A DNA stretch of 64,000 nt from Bugula neritina (lineage: Eukaryota; Animalia; Bryozoa): NCBI GenBank assembly GCA_964035545.1, contig OZ037768.1, forward strand, positions 24,731,344-24,795,343. The letters are read 5' to 3'. Positions 62,301 to 64,000 of this stretch are shown in pieces (the stretch's first letter is position 1; the number at the start of each line of letters is the position of its first letter). Below the pieces are notes generated by a model. The model worked only from the letters and a program-made list of their open reading frames with translations, did not search any database and was not told where the DNA came from. The position numbers and the translations under genes were made by a program.

Positions 62301-63598
62301 TTGATGAATTCTGGGTTTCAACAAGCAAACTCTTTCCGCACATAACTGATAAAGCAGCACCACCTATTTGTGTGAGGTAGGATTCCCATCTCAAAAACAG
62401 CCTTAACCTGCAGAATGACTTAAGGTGGGCCTGGTCAAACACAGAGCTAGGCTTAAGCAAGCCGGCACAAAAATATCAAATGAAGCCATAACATTAATAA
62501 TTGAACTGCTCTGTGTTTTATAACATAAAAATAACTATAATATTACTATTATGATAATTATATTACATGCAAATATAATAGAACAAAATATATTGCATTG
62601 TATCATATATTCTCATTCAGTAAGTCATAAAATATTGTTGGTCTTCGAAGGGGGGGGGGGAATTAATAGTCAACATTTATGAAAGGGGGTGGTATAGTAT
62701 GAAAAATGTTGGAAACCACTGGTCTAGAATCACTGCGGGTTGTAAAGTTTATTTCATTGGCTAAGTTTGTGAAGATTCAGTTGCATTGTGCTAGTTGACC
62801 TTAAGTTCAGTCTATAATTTGTAATGATGCAATACTTTTTCTTAGACTCTCATCCTTTGGTTTATCACATTTTCTATCTACCTAAATGTAGTTTGTATTG
62901 TGTTTTATATAATATATAGACAAATATTTTATCTACAAGTTTAAAGGTTATTGCGGGGTAGTTTATGAAATAAGAAATTGTAACCAGCAGTTACATGTAA
63001 TTATTTATTATTTAGGCAAATAATAAATAATAGCAAATGCTTGTAATTTACTAATAAACTATTATTGCTAATAAACTATTATTACTAATAAACTATTATT
63101 AATATATAAATATTATTGATTAAAATTGATTAACAGAAAAAGTATTTTATAATTAGCAATTTCCGAAGGTCTATGTTTTACTGTAAAGCAGTCAGTTCTA
63201 GTGTATCTTGGTTCATTTATTTATTTGTTTGTTTTGCACTGCAAGCTTCCATTGAAATAACCTTTTATGGAATTCAAAATTTTAAGGGTTTTAAGCATTT
63301 GACTCCGTTATCTGCCATTTTTTCTCCATGTAAAGCAACAAGTTAGGTTGTTTGATATACTCTACATAGTTTGACTGTTTGAAGCAAAGCTGCAAGTAAC
63401 TACAGTGTAGCTGTGCTGCAGTTTAAAGCTTTCTTTCAAGATAAAGCTAAATCTTAGCTACTGTTATTGTGTAGATTATAGATGCTGCAGATCTTTCTGT
63501 GCCTGTTTGATGTCAGGTGCAGTCATGGTGAAGCTCCCCCAACACTTGTCTGTTCATCCCATACAGCAGCTGGTCTTCTCTTGTCATTGCCATATAGC

Positions 63599-63797
63599 TC
63601 TCACCTGCCTGCCGCAGACGCGTCTCACCTGCCTGCCGCAGACGCGTCTCACCTGCCTGCCGCAGACGCGTCTCACCTGCCTGCCGCAGACGCGTCTCAC
63701 CTGCCTGCCGCAGACGCGTCTCACCTGCCTGCCGCAGACGCGTCTCACCTGCCTGCCGCAGACGCGTCTCACCTGCCTGTCGCAGATGTCTCACTTG
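63599..63797 (+). repeat. GC-rich 24-bp array x8 in a probable exon
   Basis: Unit TCTCACCTGCCTGCCGCAGACGCG (SHLPAADA in the ATG-63482 frame). Confidence 0.95.
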
Positions 63798-64000
63798 CAG
63801 TGAATGGTAAGTAAATATTATTAACCATTCCCAGTCACTTATACTTGAATACTAGTTGACAGACTACAATATTCTCTATGTAGAAGTTTTTAGGGTTACT
63901 TGTGGTATTTAAAAGTGTTTTATATCAAGCTTTTCATATTTGTAATTTATTGAACCGTATGGGCCATAATGTTTTATGTTTTACTTTCATGTTATAATTG

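Larger units (their letters stand above)
61110..62721 (+). mobile_element. Decayed hAT-Charlie/Buster-type transposon
   Basis: TIRs CAGTGGTTCCCAAC / GTTGGAAACCACTG; 8-bp TSD GTCTAGAA (61102-61109, 62722-62729) fits the NTCTAGAN target preference; transposase remnants YLVNIFATLNNLNLK, LQEDFIELVHNSALK, LDEFWV. Confidence 0.9.
60350..63807 (+). other. Probable 5' exons of a further gene continuing beyond the window
   Basis: GC-richer block ending in donor GC|GTGAGT at about 60434/5; second block 63475-63807 bounded by GTAG| and G|GTAAGT with an open frame from ATG 63482. No homology recognised. Confidence 0.4.

Noticed and set aside
1-64000. tRNA or rRNA genes
   Set aside because: No cloverleaf, A/B-box pair or rRNA-like conserved segment recognised by eye; tRNAscan-SE and Infernal were not run.

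Overview
AT-rich animal (invertebrate-like) nuclear DNA; species not identifiable from the sequence alone. The window holds the 3' part of an unidentified gene (+, 479-2779) and a complete 25-exon TRAPPC8 (+, 5073-22772, 1288 aa by my splicing). It also holds TOMM7 (-, 23036-23672), an 18-coding-exon SLMAP (+, 27914-47249, 873 aa), a single-pass Cys-rich/PY-motif membrane-protein gene (+, about 51968-58527) and probably the first exons of another gene near the right edge. Mobile DNA: two decayed RTE-like LINEs, two copies of a hAT MITE, a decayed hAT-Charlie element with two nested inserts, a 3.3-kb TIR element and smaller inverted-repeat elements. The dominant unexplained structure is that almost every internal intron (about 21 of 24 in TRAPPC8, 15 of 17 in SLMAP) is filled by its own private tandem array (units 3-47 bp). 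The arrays run up to the splice sites and several duplicate the splice site itself, creating rows of decoy donors or acceptors. The first coding introns of TRAPPC8 and SLMAP and intergenic DNA lack such arrays; intergenic DNA carries a different, degenerate 6-bp-periodic sequence. Almost all long ORFs in the supplied track are artefacts of these arrays. All gene models were spliced by eye and have no RNA support.
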